59,135 nt of DNA from a virus. Lineage: Duplodnaviria; Caudoviricetes. The notes beneath the pieces were generated by a model. The model was given only the letters and a program-made list of their open reading frames with translations, was not told the origin of the DNA and ran no database searches. The stretch is taken from IMG/VR virus record IMGVR_UViG_3300020055_000021, positions 1-59,135 of that record; one strand, given 5' to 3'. Of the stretch, positions 20,101 through 28,766 are shown piece by piece; position 1 is the stretch's first letter; the number at the start of each line of letters is the position of its first letter. Both the position numbers and the translations under genes were made by a program.

Positions 20101-21385
20101 CAACATTGAAAGTATAGGACTGGCAGACAATGATTACAATGGGTATGTAGATGGTACAGTTAATCAATTACTTTTGTTAAGAACGTTTGATATTTCTAAT
20201 AACAGACTTGGCGTATCTGAAATAGATAATATTCTATTTGATTTTGTTGATAATTATCGAGCAGCAAATAGAGGTAATGTGACAGTTAATCTTACTGGTC
20301 CTAATATGGCACCACCAACACCATATCCTGTGACTGGTGGTATCATTGAGACAATAACTTTTACTGACCAACCAACAATAGGTAATGGTATTTTAACTGA
20401 TATTGGTAGTGCATTAAATGCTCCAGTTGGATCAGTTCCTGTTGCTGGCACCTATGAATCTGCATTGAACTATGATGGAGCAGGTTCTGGTGCTAGAGTA
20501 ACTATTGAAGTTGTTAATGATTTCTTAGAGGATGTTCCCATTGCTATTAATACTACACCTACATTCACAGGAACAGTTGGAGAAATTACGGGTGCGTTAA
20601 CACTAATACCTAATGGTGAAAGTGGTGTTGTAGTGGGTCCTACTGATGTAACTTCTTTCACAGTGACTGATGGTGGAACATCAGCACAGAATAGTGGAGA
20701 CTCAGAATTTACTGCTGCTACTGTACAACTTGATTATGATGGTACTGTAAGTCAAACTTTCCCAGTAAGTGCTACCCTAGTAACTGGTGGTTCTGGATAT
20801 AGTTTACAAGGCACACCAGATAAAATTGTTATACCATCTAGTTCAGTAAATGTTAATCAGTTATTACCTATTGAACTCACCATTAGTAGTGTTCAAGAGT
20901 TTACAAATGGCACTGCAGCATATACAGATACTGGTGCTAACACTGCTGCTGGTAGTGGTGCCGCTGTTAGTGTCACAGTTGCTAGAGGTGGTCTGGATAT
21001 TACATCCGCTTTAGTTGACCCAGATGCCACACCAGGAACCGGATACTTAGATACAGAACAAATTACTATCAACTTACCTGGTAGTATGCCTAATAGTGGT
21101 GAACTAACATATGATATTACCACCGTACAGAATGAATACTATACAGATACAAGCTATAGTGTCCTCCTCCTAAATAGTGGTGGGGAAGAATATTCTGCAC
21201 TTGATGTTTTAAGTACAAATGATGTAATTCCATTCAGGGATCCAGTTACAGACGTGGTACAGAATGGTGGATTAGAATTACAAGTTCAGTCAATTAGATC
21301 GCAGATAAACAAAGCAGTCTTCACTGGATTTGGTGCTGTTGAATTCCTCAGAGGAAAAGGTTGGACCATTAGAGTAGAGAGTTAA
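17138..21385 (+). CDS. large virion protein with leucine-rich repeats and Gly-rich beta modules
   Basis: LxxLxLxxN repeats (LETLIFANNGL, LEELYLSGNNFTG, FQLSNNNLSGTIP); GSGY modules. Confidence 0.8.
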   Translation: MAITNPRIFGLAVPRNLTDVRDRDETLLNLGLDIRDLEVIRGIAAAGFDSNNLQTISGLNVPIWKTFDRYRTDVSTYNGQLNDSAGTDIRTKGNLEVHGPVSSNAFRYTLFDNTIGTPSLRWGDISTSRVSSWSSFTASIAYGSDVKISGTLFAGSLKTQQVPTERTFDSEVPTHKIKLRLNGTDQYFYVMKGIPIRFKGFFRDFDFTLDFQTQTVRNSWRVYRTNGLELQDFENIGSFSSSTLNYRSPFSAERFIEAYINPEVVDRIVLSNCNIQELPKSRLPNLETLIFANNGLTTFPNLNFFSPNLESLVIDNNPFYNGPTIDEQKFTKPIMARIPTTLTNLDASGCFKGGIEQNIFNRLRLLSRIDIDRVGDIFFFPDSVNPTGALPNFYGIIGQPLTHTMGGVSLVDHDFRTIEPGVQGGVDQVTLSGSGSGGSGYNGGASGVFNDVPLINGNGSNATADITIDSGIVVGVVIKNVGSGYNVGDLLSANNANLGGSGSGLAIEITSLINVLSIKQLENLTSINVNDNNGLNDPNFSLNCPSTLTNLSIQRTQIALPNVSNFTELTDVTIYGGSGRGSFHTGWDGTFGGVGYPRTDQDNFKFNNCPVLTGITTSYSDISGYLPKFSLCPALTSYGFFSTNSIIAGRPGKRKVLKLLQGGGITQLGAFNEPAGRPYTGNSTTEVTDTLENAGATEGAIVSITTDANGDVTQVNIVQAGSGYTTSDLITIPAGALGSNKGGTIAIAAVATGTIGSNDYNDGTYNFESDDSTNTAVGINAAVSFTISGGVVSQYALVQPGQDYQTGESITIPTSVVGGTQPLQFIIEEAEAPKILYNDQFEFNPNITNVDISINNPLFAGEVESGAFTPLRTKLRFLRLQANGRITGNFPNLEDQAALREVRSQSQGWTGALPLFSSALGLEELYLSGNNFTGKFEYQAKNNLRIISLSNNNIDEISNLSLLPACESFQLSNNNLSGTIPALGAIMPNIESIGLADNDYNGYVDGTVNQLLLLRTFDISNNRLGVSEIDNILFDFVDNYRAANRGNVTVNLTGPNMAPPTPYPVTGGIIETITFTDQPTIGNGILTDIGSALNAPVGSVPVAGTYESALNYDGAGSGARVTIEVVNDFLEDVPIAINTTPTFTGTVGEITGALTLIPNGESGVVVGPTDVTSFTVTDGGTSAQNSGDSEFTAATVQLDYDGTVSQTFPVSATLVTGGSGYSLQGTPDKIVIPSSSVNVNQLLPIELTISSVQEFTNGTAAYTDTGANTAAGSGAAVSVTVARGGLDITSALVDPDATPGTGYLDTEQITINLPGSMPNSGELTYDITTVQNEYYTDTSYSVLLLNSGGEEYSALDVLSTNDVIPFRDPVTDVVQNGGLELQVQSIRSQINKAVFTGFGAVEFLRGKGWTIRVES

Positions 21386-22951
21386 ATGGCATTACTTAAT
21401 CAAGGATTTGTAAGATCACTAAACTTAGATGATGTTGAAGATTCCATACTCAGCATCAATAACTTAGCTGGTGGTACTATCACTAACGATCTTATTGTTT
21501 TCGCTAATAATGAAAACAATGTGACCAAACTTTTATTTAAACGACCTGGTATAGACACAAATAATAGTGTTGTAACTGAAGGTGACGGCAGTGTCTTCAG
21601 GCAGGTGGATAAGATTGGAACCTTTGGTAATGGAGACCAAGTTCGTATCAGGTCAATCATTAACATCACCAATATTGAGAGGGATGGACTACCTATTGCG
21701 GCTAATGACCAACTCCGTGTGACTCTAGAGAAACCTTTGCCTGCTGATTTCTTTGACCCTGCAAATGGTGTCATTAAAGTAATATTAAATGAAACTAGAT
21801 TTGAGATTGCTACAGACCAGTTAAATGGTAAGGAATATGTAGCAACTGGTATTTTTGGTAGTCCACAGATTCAATTCTTTTTAAATGATGTTGGATACCC
21901 TGAAGATTTAGATGATGAAGGTGTTGACCAAAATGCTATTGGTGCTTTCGATCCTGATGGTCCCAATAATAATCTGGATAACTATCCATACATCACATCC
22001 TCTTCTTTAGCGGGCCCAGCGGTGGTTTCTGGAGACGCTATTGATTACAATAGAATATACTTTATAGCAAATTCTAATGCTGTTAATCAATTTAGAATTG
22101 GTAGAAACTATAGTAGAAGAGAACTGATTGACCAAATTGATTTTGGAACATCTTTTGCTGGTGATGTACCAGTTGCAGGTTATAATGGTACATCAGGTGC
22201 CAGCGTAATATTTGAAAGGGTAAATAAATGCGTCAAAGAAAACTTAATCAACCTTTCACTCCCTGTTTTTGAAGATAGAAATGACTTTACTTATACTAGT
22301 GACGCTTTGAGTTTTGGAATTAATGGAAACTTTTCTAGACTAGAATCATCTCTAGACTCAGCAACATTCTACACACTTCAAAAGTATTTGTCCAGAGAGT
22401 ATAATTACTATGATGTAGATGAATTAGAATTTGCTGGAAATTTATATAGTTCTGATCCTGATGGATTTAATCAAATACAATCAGACTTAGTAGAAACTGA
22501 TAGAAGTCCTGGTGTTTATATTATTAATAAGGATGCATCCCCAGCGTTTGATAATATTGTTTTAACTAGGGCGTATTCTGATAACACTCAACCATGGGAA
22601 CTCAATGTAAATACGCTAGAGTTCCAAGCACTAAGAGATTTCGATGGTAATTCTACTACATTTAATGATAATAATCAGGAGATGACAATTGGTAATTTAA
22701 TTTTACAAGATAAAACTGATGCTATTGAAATTGGTAGTGCCTCAGAACCATTACAAAATGTTGATGTACTTACACTAGGGGAAGCTAGTGTTATTGATAG
22801 CGGTCAACCAGTGCTTGCCGCTGATCCAAATCAATTTAGATTTACACATAAATTAAACGTACTAATAGATACTACTGGTGAAGGACCAGAGTTCTATAGT
22901 ATTTGTTTATCTACAGTAGCAGATGCAGGAACTGCACCTGGTTCTTCTTAA
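21386..22951 (+). CDS. virion structural protein
   Basis: 521-aa acidic ORF abutting the previous stop; N-terminal motif shared with neighbours. Confidence 0.75.
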   Translation: MALLNQGFVRSLNLDDVEDSILSINNLAGGTITNDLIVFANNENNVTKLLFKRPGIDTNNSVVTEGDGSVFRQVDKIGTFGNGDQVRIRSIINITNIERDGLPIAANDQLRVTLEKPLPADFFDPANGVIKVILNETRFEIATDQLNGKEYVATGIFGSPQIQFFLNDVGYPEDLDDEGVDQNAIGAFDPDGPNNNLDNYPYITSSSLAGPAVVSGDAIDYNRIYFIANSNAVNQFRIGRNYSRRELIDQIDFGTSFAGDVPVAGYNGTSGASVIFERVNKCVKENLINLSLPVFEDRNDFTYTSDALSFGINGNFSRLESSLDSATFYTLQKYLSREYNYYDVDELEFAGNLYSSDPDGFNQIQSDLVETDRSPGVYIINKDASPAFDNIVLTRAYSDNTQPWELNVNTLEFQALRDFDGNSTTFNDNNQEMTIGNLILQDKTDAIEIGSASEPLQNVDVLTLGEASVIDSGQPVLAADPNQFRFTHKLNVLIDTTGEGPEFYSICLSTVADAGTAPGSS

Positions 22952-25900
22952 ACGTTATCTCTCCAGAGTAACAGATAGTAAGTGTCTCCGTTTCCATCTG
23001 TAATGGGAACGTAACCACCCATAATATCATTTGCGTCTGTTGCTACTTCATTAGACCCATCAGTAACCATCTCTAACTTGTCGTAGGAGACTTTACTATT
23101 CGTATTGAATACTCCTGCTCTACCACCACCCGTGCTGGTAAAGTCTAGTACCATTTTCACATCATTGATTGTTGCTAGTCCTCTAGAGGTAGCAGCAAAT
23201 GGTGGTGAAGTATCAGTAGGTCTGAAACATACTTCTTTATTAACTGTATCCCCAACAGGTGTGAATGTAATTCTAGTTACTACACTATCAACAAAACTGA
23301 TTGGATTATTTTGTACTGCTCCAGAACCAACTGTTAGTGTAACTAAAGCTGCTGTATCCTGAGCACCGCCACCAGCATTTGATGCTGATTGTGTGATATC
23401 AGATACGATATTTGAAATTGTAGCAACACCACCTAAGTTATTAACATCTGGTCCTGTGAATTGAAGTGATGGGAATAGGTGTGCTACCATTCCATTAGTT
23501 AAATCTTTAGCATCTGGAACTCTAAATGTTACACTGCTACTAGCAACATCAGGATAGTCTAATCTAAATGTAGCATTAGCACCACCAGTATTGATAGTTA
23601 TTATATTGCCGGGTTCGTATCCTTCACCCGCATTGTCTGGGTCTACCCAAGCATATGTAACGGCACCAGCACCATCAGTTACATAATATACTTGCAGATT
23701 GCTCCCTGTTCCACCAGTGGTGCCTACAGAACTACCAGATGGTAATGCTTCACTTACATATCCACTACCACTACTATCGAGTTCTAGTTTGGGTAGAATT
23801 CTCTTATCAAATACTCCCTGACAATAGGAGGCAAGACCATCGTTGTTAAGTCCAAAGGTTTGATAAACAAACCATCTCTTACCAAATCCAAATATACTTT
23901 GTGATTGATCTGCAAATACAAAAGAGTTTTCTGCTTGATTAAATCCAGATTCAACTCCTGTTTGGAATCTATCAATCAATGCGGTTTCACTACTTTGCTT
24001 TAGCACACCAACTTCTTCTTGTCCGGGTATAGTTTTGTCATTGTAGAAGAATTGACCTGTCCAGTCTTCTTGCTTGAAGATTTGATTCTTTTGGAAAATT
24101 AGTCTAGGTTTTCCTGTTAAAAATGTGTCAGTAAGTGTAGCGCAATCAAATACTAAATTGATACCTGGTTGGTCTAATAAATTACCATCAATTTCAAATA
24201 GTTCAAAGTTAGAATACCCTGTACCTGGTGTCAATGTAGTGATTACGAATGAACCACTGTTATTTCTACTAATGTTAAAGGTAGCTCCAGTTCCATCTGT
24301 ATTAGAAGTAATATTTACTCCTTGTTCGAATGTTCCGTAGTCTTTGTTGGTGAAGTCAAGGTCTACAGTATCTCCGGAAATAATTCTTGAGACATCGAAT
24401 CCTCTTTCTCCTAAAGCAAACCCATTTTCTGATAGTCCTGTTGCCGGTACGATGTCTGTACTGTATTCTCCGTTTGTACCAAAGGCAACTAACCCTTTAT
24501 GATCTATAATTTCTATATCTGATGTGCCGCTTGAAGTACACGTTCTGTCGAGAATAATTGATTGATTATTATTAATACTAGAAATTCTGGAACCAACTGG
24601 AATGCCAGCACCTATTACATAATTTCCTACTTCAACAAATTCAGTTCTATTAGGCAGTCCTACATTTATACCTGTGTCAGGTAGTACAACAATTCTAGAA
24701 TTGTTAGTTGTTGTTGCTTCTCTAGACTGAATTATATCTGTTACTGGACCTAAGTTACCAACGTAATAAGATACAATTGGATTGAAGTTTGATAGTCCAA
24801 CGTAGTTATCACCAGCAGCACCTCCTTCTAGTGGTGTAGTTTGTACACCAACTGGCAATCTGTCATTAATTCTGGTTCCAGCAAAACTAATTGATTCATC
24901 AATAAATTTTTTGAAGTTACCTATCTGATAGAAATCAAAGTAGTCTTCTGGATACAAATATTTGTAGTCAAAGTCATCATCTTGTCCACCAAGAGGTGGA
25001 TTTCTTTCAAAGATAATTCTTCTGTCAAGTGACCCAGTAATTTGCGACTCAGATTTATCTATTGCGTCATCATCATAGAAGAAACTAATTCTAATTTTGT
25101 ATGGATCGTATGCTTTTAACTCACCTAAGTTTACTTGGAAAGTTCTACTGGTTCCTAATGCTATTCCTGTATTACTAGCAGCAAGTTCATCATAGAAGTA
25201 CCATCCTCTTGTGCTATCGATAGTAATTGTGATGTCTGCACCACCAACAGATGCTCCTGGAATAGTAATAGTCTCACTAGAAAGATATCCATCACCAGGA
25301 TTGTTGATAAGAACAATAGGATTACCACCCAAATCTCTACTGACATTAAAAGATGCTCCAACACCAGCACCTGTATATGTAAATGCTGATATAGTACCAT
25401 AGTTTTGATTAAATTCTGCTGGCACAGCAGCTCCAGCAGTACTAATTTCATCAATAATACCAGCAGTAACTAATCTAGTTTGATCTAAAATAGTTTGTAA
25501 ACCACTGCCATTATTAAAATCTAAATCATTTAGTCTAAAAGTTCCTGTGCTTGGGTCGAAGGTAAAATCTTTACTTGGTGCTTCCTTTGTATCAAATTCA
25601 ACTCTTATGAATCCAGTTGTGGTAATTCTGATACTCCATGTCCCATTTTGTGTGGGTTTAAAGAATCCTGTCCACTCAACACCACCATAAAAATTTGCTA
25701 GGTTAGGTGATAGTTTCTGATTGTAAACAAACTCACCTTCCTCCCAAAAATTATTCTTATCGTCAGCTCTTTCTGTACCTTTTGCTGGGTCTATTGTTGC
25801 TCTACCTGTAGGGTCTGTGGGGTCAACATAGTTATCGAACCCTAGGAATGGTGTTGAAGCATCTTCTGGTGTGCTTCTCAAGATGCCATCAGAATTAAAG

Positions 25901-26238
25901 TATCTTGCTGTCAGTCCATCTCCACCAAAGAAGAAGGGTTCTGATGTAGTAAAGTATGCTCTATCAAATCTATTTGATAGTGTAATTAGGGGTTCATAGG
26001 TTATGTTTGTACCAGTTGGTCCAGTAAATTGTACTGTAGTGTTAGCAGCACGAGAAAATACATTAGAATCAACATCACTGGAAAATATTCCTTTGATTAA
26101 TTGTAGGTCTTCACCAGTAAATGATTCTGCACTACCCTTAATCCTATCCAGCAAAGTGTTTAATGCAGTAACTGTGCTAGACAAATCACGAAGATTTTCT
26201 GACCTCTTAGCACCAAATTTCGAAAAAATCTTTGCCAT
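22948..26238 (-). CDS. large virion protein with PA14-like domain
   Basis: GLTARYF...GVEWTGFFKPTQNGTWSIRITTTG PA14-like pattern; reverse late promoter CTAAATA near 26266-26272. Confidence 0.75.
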   Translation of the reverse strand: MAKIFSKFGAKRSENLRDLSSTVTALNTLLDRIKGSAESFTGEDLQLIKGIFSSDVDSNVFSRAANTTVQFTGPTGTNITYEPLITLSNRFDRAYFTTSEPFFFGGDGLTARYFNSDGILRSTPEDASTPFLGFDNYVDPTDPTGRATIDPAKGTERADDKNNFWEEGEFVYNQKLSPNLANFYGGVEWTGFFKPTQNGTWSIRITTTGFIRVEFDTKEAPSKDFTFDPSTGTFRLNDLDFNNGSGLQTILDQTRLVTAGIIDEISTAGAAVPAEFNQNYGTISAFTYTGAGVGASFNVSRDLGGNPIVLINNPGDGYLSSETITIPGASVGGADITITIDSTRGWYFYDELAASNTGIALGTSRTFQVNLGELKAYDPYKIRISFFYDDDAIDKSESQITGSLDRRIIFERNPPLGGQDDDFDYKYLYPEDYFDFYQIGNFKKFIDESISFAGTRINDRLPVGVQTTPLEGGAAGDNYVGLSNFNPIVSYYVGNLGPVTDIIQSREATTTNNSRIVVLPDTGINVGLPNRTEFVEVGNYVIGAGIPVGSRISSINNNQSIILDRTCTSSGTSDIEIIDHKGLVAFGTNGEYSTDIVPATGLSENGFALGERGFDVSRIISGDTVDLDFTNKDYGTFEQGVNITSNTDGTGATFNISRNNSGSFVITTLTPGTGYSNFELFEIDGNLLDQPGINLVFDCATLTDTFLTGKPRLIFQKNQIFKQEDWTGQFFYNDKTIPGQEEVGVLKQSSETALIDRFQTGVESGFNQAENSFVFADQSQSIFGFGKRWFVYQTFGLNNDGLASYCQGVFDKRILPKLELDSSGSGYVSEALPSGSSVGTTGGTGSNLQVYYVTDGAGAVTYAWVDPDNAGEGYEPGNIITINTGGANATFRLDYPDVASSSVTFRVPDAKDLTNGMVAHLFPSLQFTGPDVNNLGGVATISNIVSDITQSASNAGGGAQDTAALVTLTVGSGAVQNNPISFVDSVVTRITFTPVGDTVNKEVCFRPTDTSPPFAATSRGLATINDVKMVLDFTSTGGGRAGVFNTNSKVSYDKLEMVTDGSNEVATDANDIMGGYVPITDGNGDTYYLLLWRDNV

Positions 26239-26277
26239 CTTTTACTAACACTATTTCCCTAGTTGTATTTAGGTTCT

Positions 26278-26336
26278 TGTGCCAGCAACAAACTGGCACA
26301 ACCCCCCTTGCTTTTCTAGGTAAACTAGCCTATATT
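26278..26336 (+). promoter_or_regulatory. sigma70-like promoter with upstream inverted repeat TGTGCCAG-N7-CTGGCACA
   Basis: TTGCTT 26308, 17 bp, TATATT 26331. Confidence 0.7.
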
Positions 26337-26412
26337 ATATTCAGCGGTGGTTAATCGGACCACCCATCATCTGCGGGTATTCACTCCGCAAGTAAACTAA
26401 GAGGTAAAACAA

Positions 26413-26784
26413 ATGCTTAAATCTACTTTCGCAGCCCTTGCTGCTGCTCCCCTGTTCGCTGGCGCTGCTGTCGCTGGTCCCTATGTTAATGTCGAAACCA
26501 ATGCTGGTTGGACCGGTTCGGACTACAATGGTGCCGCGACTGATCTCCACATCGGTTACGAAGGTGCTCTTGGTGAGCGTACTTCCTACTACGTCCAAGG
26601 TGGTGCTACTGTCGTGACTCCTGATGGTGGTGACACTGACACCGTTCCTTCCGGTAAGGCAGGTGTTGGTTTCGCTGCGACTGATGCACTCGGTTTCTAT
26701 GGTGAAGTCTCGTTCGTTGGTTCCGGCGATAGCGACATCGACCGTGGTTATGGTGCTAAGGCAGGTGTGAAGTACAGCTTCTGA
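26413..26784 (+). CDS. small outer-membrane beta-barrel / porin-like protein
   Basis: signal peptide (AVA), amphipathic beta strands, C-terminal GVKYSF beta-signal, GAGG RBS. Confidence 0.7.
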   Translation: MLKSTFAALAAAPLFAGAAVAGPYVNVETNAGWTGSDYNGAATDLHIGYEGALGERTSYYVQGGATVVTPDGGDTDTVPSGKAGVGFAATDALGFYGEVSFVGSGDSDIDRGYGAKAGVKYSF

Positions 26785-26792
26785 TCCTTCCT

Positions 26793-26810
26793 AGGGGACT
26801 TCGGTCCCCT
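26793..26810 (+). terminator. cUUCGg hairpin after the beta-barrel gene
   Basis: AGGGGAC-TTCG-GTCCCCT; weak U-tail. Confidence 0.5.
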
Positions 26811-26816
26811 TAAACC

Positions 26817-27005
26817 ATGAAATACTTAAAGGTATTCTTCCATCCAGTAACACAGATTAACTTGTTACTGGTTGGATTTTTTATTATAGTAGGGTTGGTA
26901 CATAACCACGCCCATCATACTATGGAGCGAGACACTGACTCCTATGTCCGTAACTTCTGTAAGAAGAACAAAGATATATGTGCCAGTTATGTAAGTGATT
27001 ACTGA
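26817..27005 (+). CDS. small membrane hypothetical protein
   Basis: one hydrophobic helix followed by HNHAHH. Confidence 0.7.
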   Translation: MKYLKVFFHPVTQINLLLVGFFIIVGLVHNHAHHTMERDTDSYVRNFCKKNKDICASYVSDY

Positions 27006-27024
27006 TAATAATGAGACAGGGGGC

Positions 27025-27054
27025 TTGACAAGGGTCCCCTTCTTGCTATATAAT
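27025..27054 (+). promoter_or_regulatory. sigma70-like promoter for the hli-petF-prx operon
   Basis: GGGGCTTGACA followed by TATAAT at 27049. Confidence 0.75.
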
Positions 27055-27081
27055 ATGTAAAGATTCATTACAAAACGTATC

Positions 27082-27285
27082 ATGACTGTTACAACTAACG
27101 AGCACGGTCAACAAAACATGTGGGCTGTCGAACCCCAAATGGTAGTTGAGGACTACAATAAGAAGGGTCTTTTCTCTCCCTGGCAACAAAAGGAGATGTA
27201 TAATGGTCGCTGGGCTATGATGGGTCTCATCATGGGCTTCGTTACCTACGCCGTCAATGGCAAATTTTTCTTTGGAATTTTCTGA
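27082..27285 (+). CDS. hli: high-light inducible protein
   Basis: EMYNGRWAMMG chlorophyll-binding motif. Confidence 0.93.
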   Translation: MTVTTNEHGQQNMWAVEPQMVVEDYNKKGLFSPWQQKEMYNGRWAMMGLIMGFVTYAVNGKFFFGIF

Positions 27286-27291
27286 TAATAA

Positions 27292-27588
27292 ATGACTGAA
27301 TTTAACATTACTCTCAAGTCTCCTACGGGAGAAGAAACTACTATCACATGTCCTGATGATACCTACATCCTCGATGCTGCTGATGAAGCAGGGATTGACC
27401 TTAACTACTCTTGCCGTGCTGGCGCTTGCTCTAGCTGTGCTGGGCGTCTGGAGTCGGGTTCTGTAGACCAGAGCGACCAATCGTTCCTTGATGATGACCA
27501 GATTGAATCTGGATTTGTTCTCACATGTGTGAGTTACCCCACAAGTGACTGTGTAATTTTGACAGAACAAGAAGATGCGTTATACTGA
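27292..27588 (+). CDS. petF: plant-type [2Fe-2S] ferredoxin
   Basis: [11 protein letters not shown]...LTC. Confidence 0.97.
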   Translation: MTEFNITLKSPTGEETTITCPDDTYILDAADEAGIDLNYSCRAGACSSCAGRLESGSVDQSDQSFLDDDQIESGFVLTCVSYPTSDCVILTEQEDALY

Positions 27589-27814
27589 AGATGTCCTTGT
27601 TGAAGCAGTTGCTGCTCTTGGATGGGATGTCAGAAATGATGACATTCATGTAGAGATTGGCGGCACTTCTGTCTATGGCATTGATGGTGCTGGTACTAAG
27701 TGGGCACCCACACTTGGTACTCGTAAGTATAATAAAGATGCCTTCATCGTAATTAAAAATAGATCCCGTACACCTTTTGAACCAAGTAAATCTAACAATG
27801 ACCAGAGTTCCTGA
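27575..27814 (+). CDS. hypothetical protein
   Basis: 79-aa ORF overlapping both neighbours in the operon. Confidence 0.7.
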   Translation: MRYTEDVLVEAVAALGWDVRNDDIHVEIGGTSVYGIDGAGTKWAPTLGTRKYNKDAFIVIKNRSRTPFEPSKSNNDQSS

Positions 27815-28322
27815 AGTTACTTTCCATACTAGAGTTCGTGATGAATCTATTGATGGACCCAACCCATATCGCTGGCAAGATGTAACCACTGCTGACTTGT
27901 TCGCAGGTAAGCGTGTAGTTGTATTCTCTTTGCCTGGTGCCTTCACTCCTACCTGCTCCACATACCAGCTTCCTGGTTATGATGAAGCATACTTTGAGTT
28001 TAAAAAGAATGGTATCGATGAGGTCTATTGTCTCTCTGTGAATGACTCTTTCGTTATGAATGCTTGGTTCAAGCAACAAGGAGTTGAGAATGTTAAACCT
28101 ATTCCTGATGGTAGTGGTGAGTTCACCTACGCTATGGGAATGTCAGTTAACAAAGCAAACCTAGGATTTGGTTTCCGTTCCTGGCGTTATGCTATGGTCG
28201 TGAATGATGGTGAGATTGAGATTATGTTTGAGGAACCTGGCAAGGTAGGTAACTGCCCTGTTGATCCTTATGAAGTAAGCGATCAGGATACTGTACTTAC
28301 TTGGTTAAAAGAACATGCCTAA
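27798..28322 (+). CDS. type II (Prx5-like) peroxiredoxin
   Basis: SLPGAFTPTCS, SVNDSFVMNAW, RSWRYAM motifs. Confidence 0.93.
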   Translation: MTRVPEVTFHTRVRDESIDGPNPYRWQDVTTADLFAGKRVVVFSLPGAFTPTCSTYQLPGYDEAYFEFKKNGIDEVYCLSVNDSFVMNAWFKQQGVENVKPIPDGSGEFTYAMGMSVNKANLGFGFRSWRYAMVVNDGEIEIMFEEPGKVGNCPVDPYEVSDQDTVLTWLKEHA

Positions 28323-28464
28323 TCCCAATCAACTTTATCAGGATATGCAGAAACTCGATGATTTGTATAACGAGTTACTATGGCATCCTGACGACGTGCT
28401 ACAATTTACCCACGATGGTGAGAAAATCATCATCACTAACAAAACTTTGGAGGAAAACAAATGA
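28315..28464 (+). CDS. small hypothetical protein (MPNPNQLYQD..., 49 aa; not in ORF track)
   Basis: translated by hand; overlaps the prx stop and hli start. Confidence 0.7.
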   Translation: MPNPNQLYQDMQKLDDLYNELLWHPDDVLQFTHDGEKIIITNKTLEENK

Positions 28465-28580
28465 AATTCGGATTCACCCCTGAGGCAGAGATTCTCAACG
28501 CTCGCCTGGCAATGCTTGGTTTCGTCATCGCAGTCGGAACTTACATGACTACAGGACAAATCATCCCAGGAGTCTGGTGA
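28461..28580 (+). CDS. hli: high-light inducible protein (39 aa; not in ORF track)
   Basis: AEILNARLAMLG and TGQIIPGVW motifs; GGAGG RBS. Confidence 0.93.
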   Translation: MKFGFTPEAEILNARLAMLGFVIAVGTYMTTGQIIPGVW

Positions 28581-28702
28581 TGTTATTGTTAGCAAGTATT
28601 CTAGTTGGAGCGTTCATATTTGGATCACTCCTTACTGATGATGCTGATGATGACGATGACCACCAGGGAGGTATGATGGTTCCTGTATCTATTCCCACAT
28701 AA
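28580..28702 (+). CDS. small membrane protein with acidic tail (40 aa)
   Basis: TGATG coupling; MLLLASILVGAFIFG...DDADDDDDHQGGMM. Confidence 0.6.
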   Translation: MLLLASILVGAFIFGSLLTDDADDDDDHQGGMMVPVSIPT

Positions 28703-28728
28703 ATAAAACTGAATATCGTCGGCCGCTT

Positions 28729-28766
28729 AAAGACTCCCCTGCCAAATAACAGGGGGGTCTTTTTTA
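28729..28766. terminator. intrinsic terminator between convergent units
   Basis: AAAGACTCCCCTG...CAGGGGGGTCTTT followed by a T-run. Confidence 0.75.

Noticed and set aside
4920-26248. Many 60-125 aa ORFs antisense or out-of-frame within the giant genes
   Set aside because: Expected shadows from codon bias; no independent start signals
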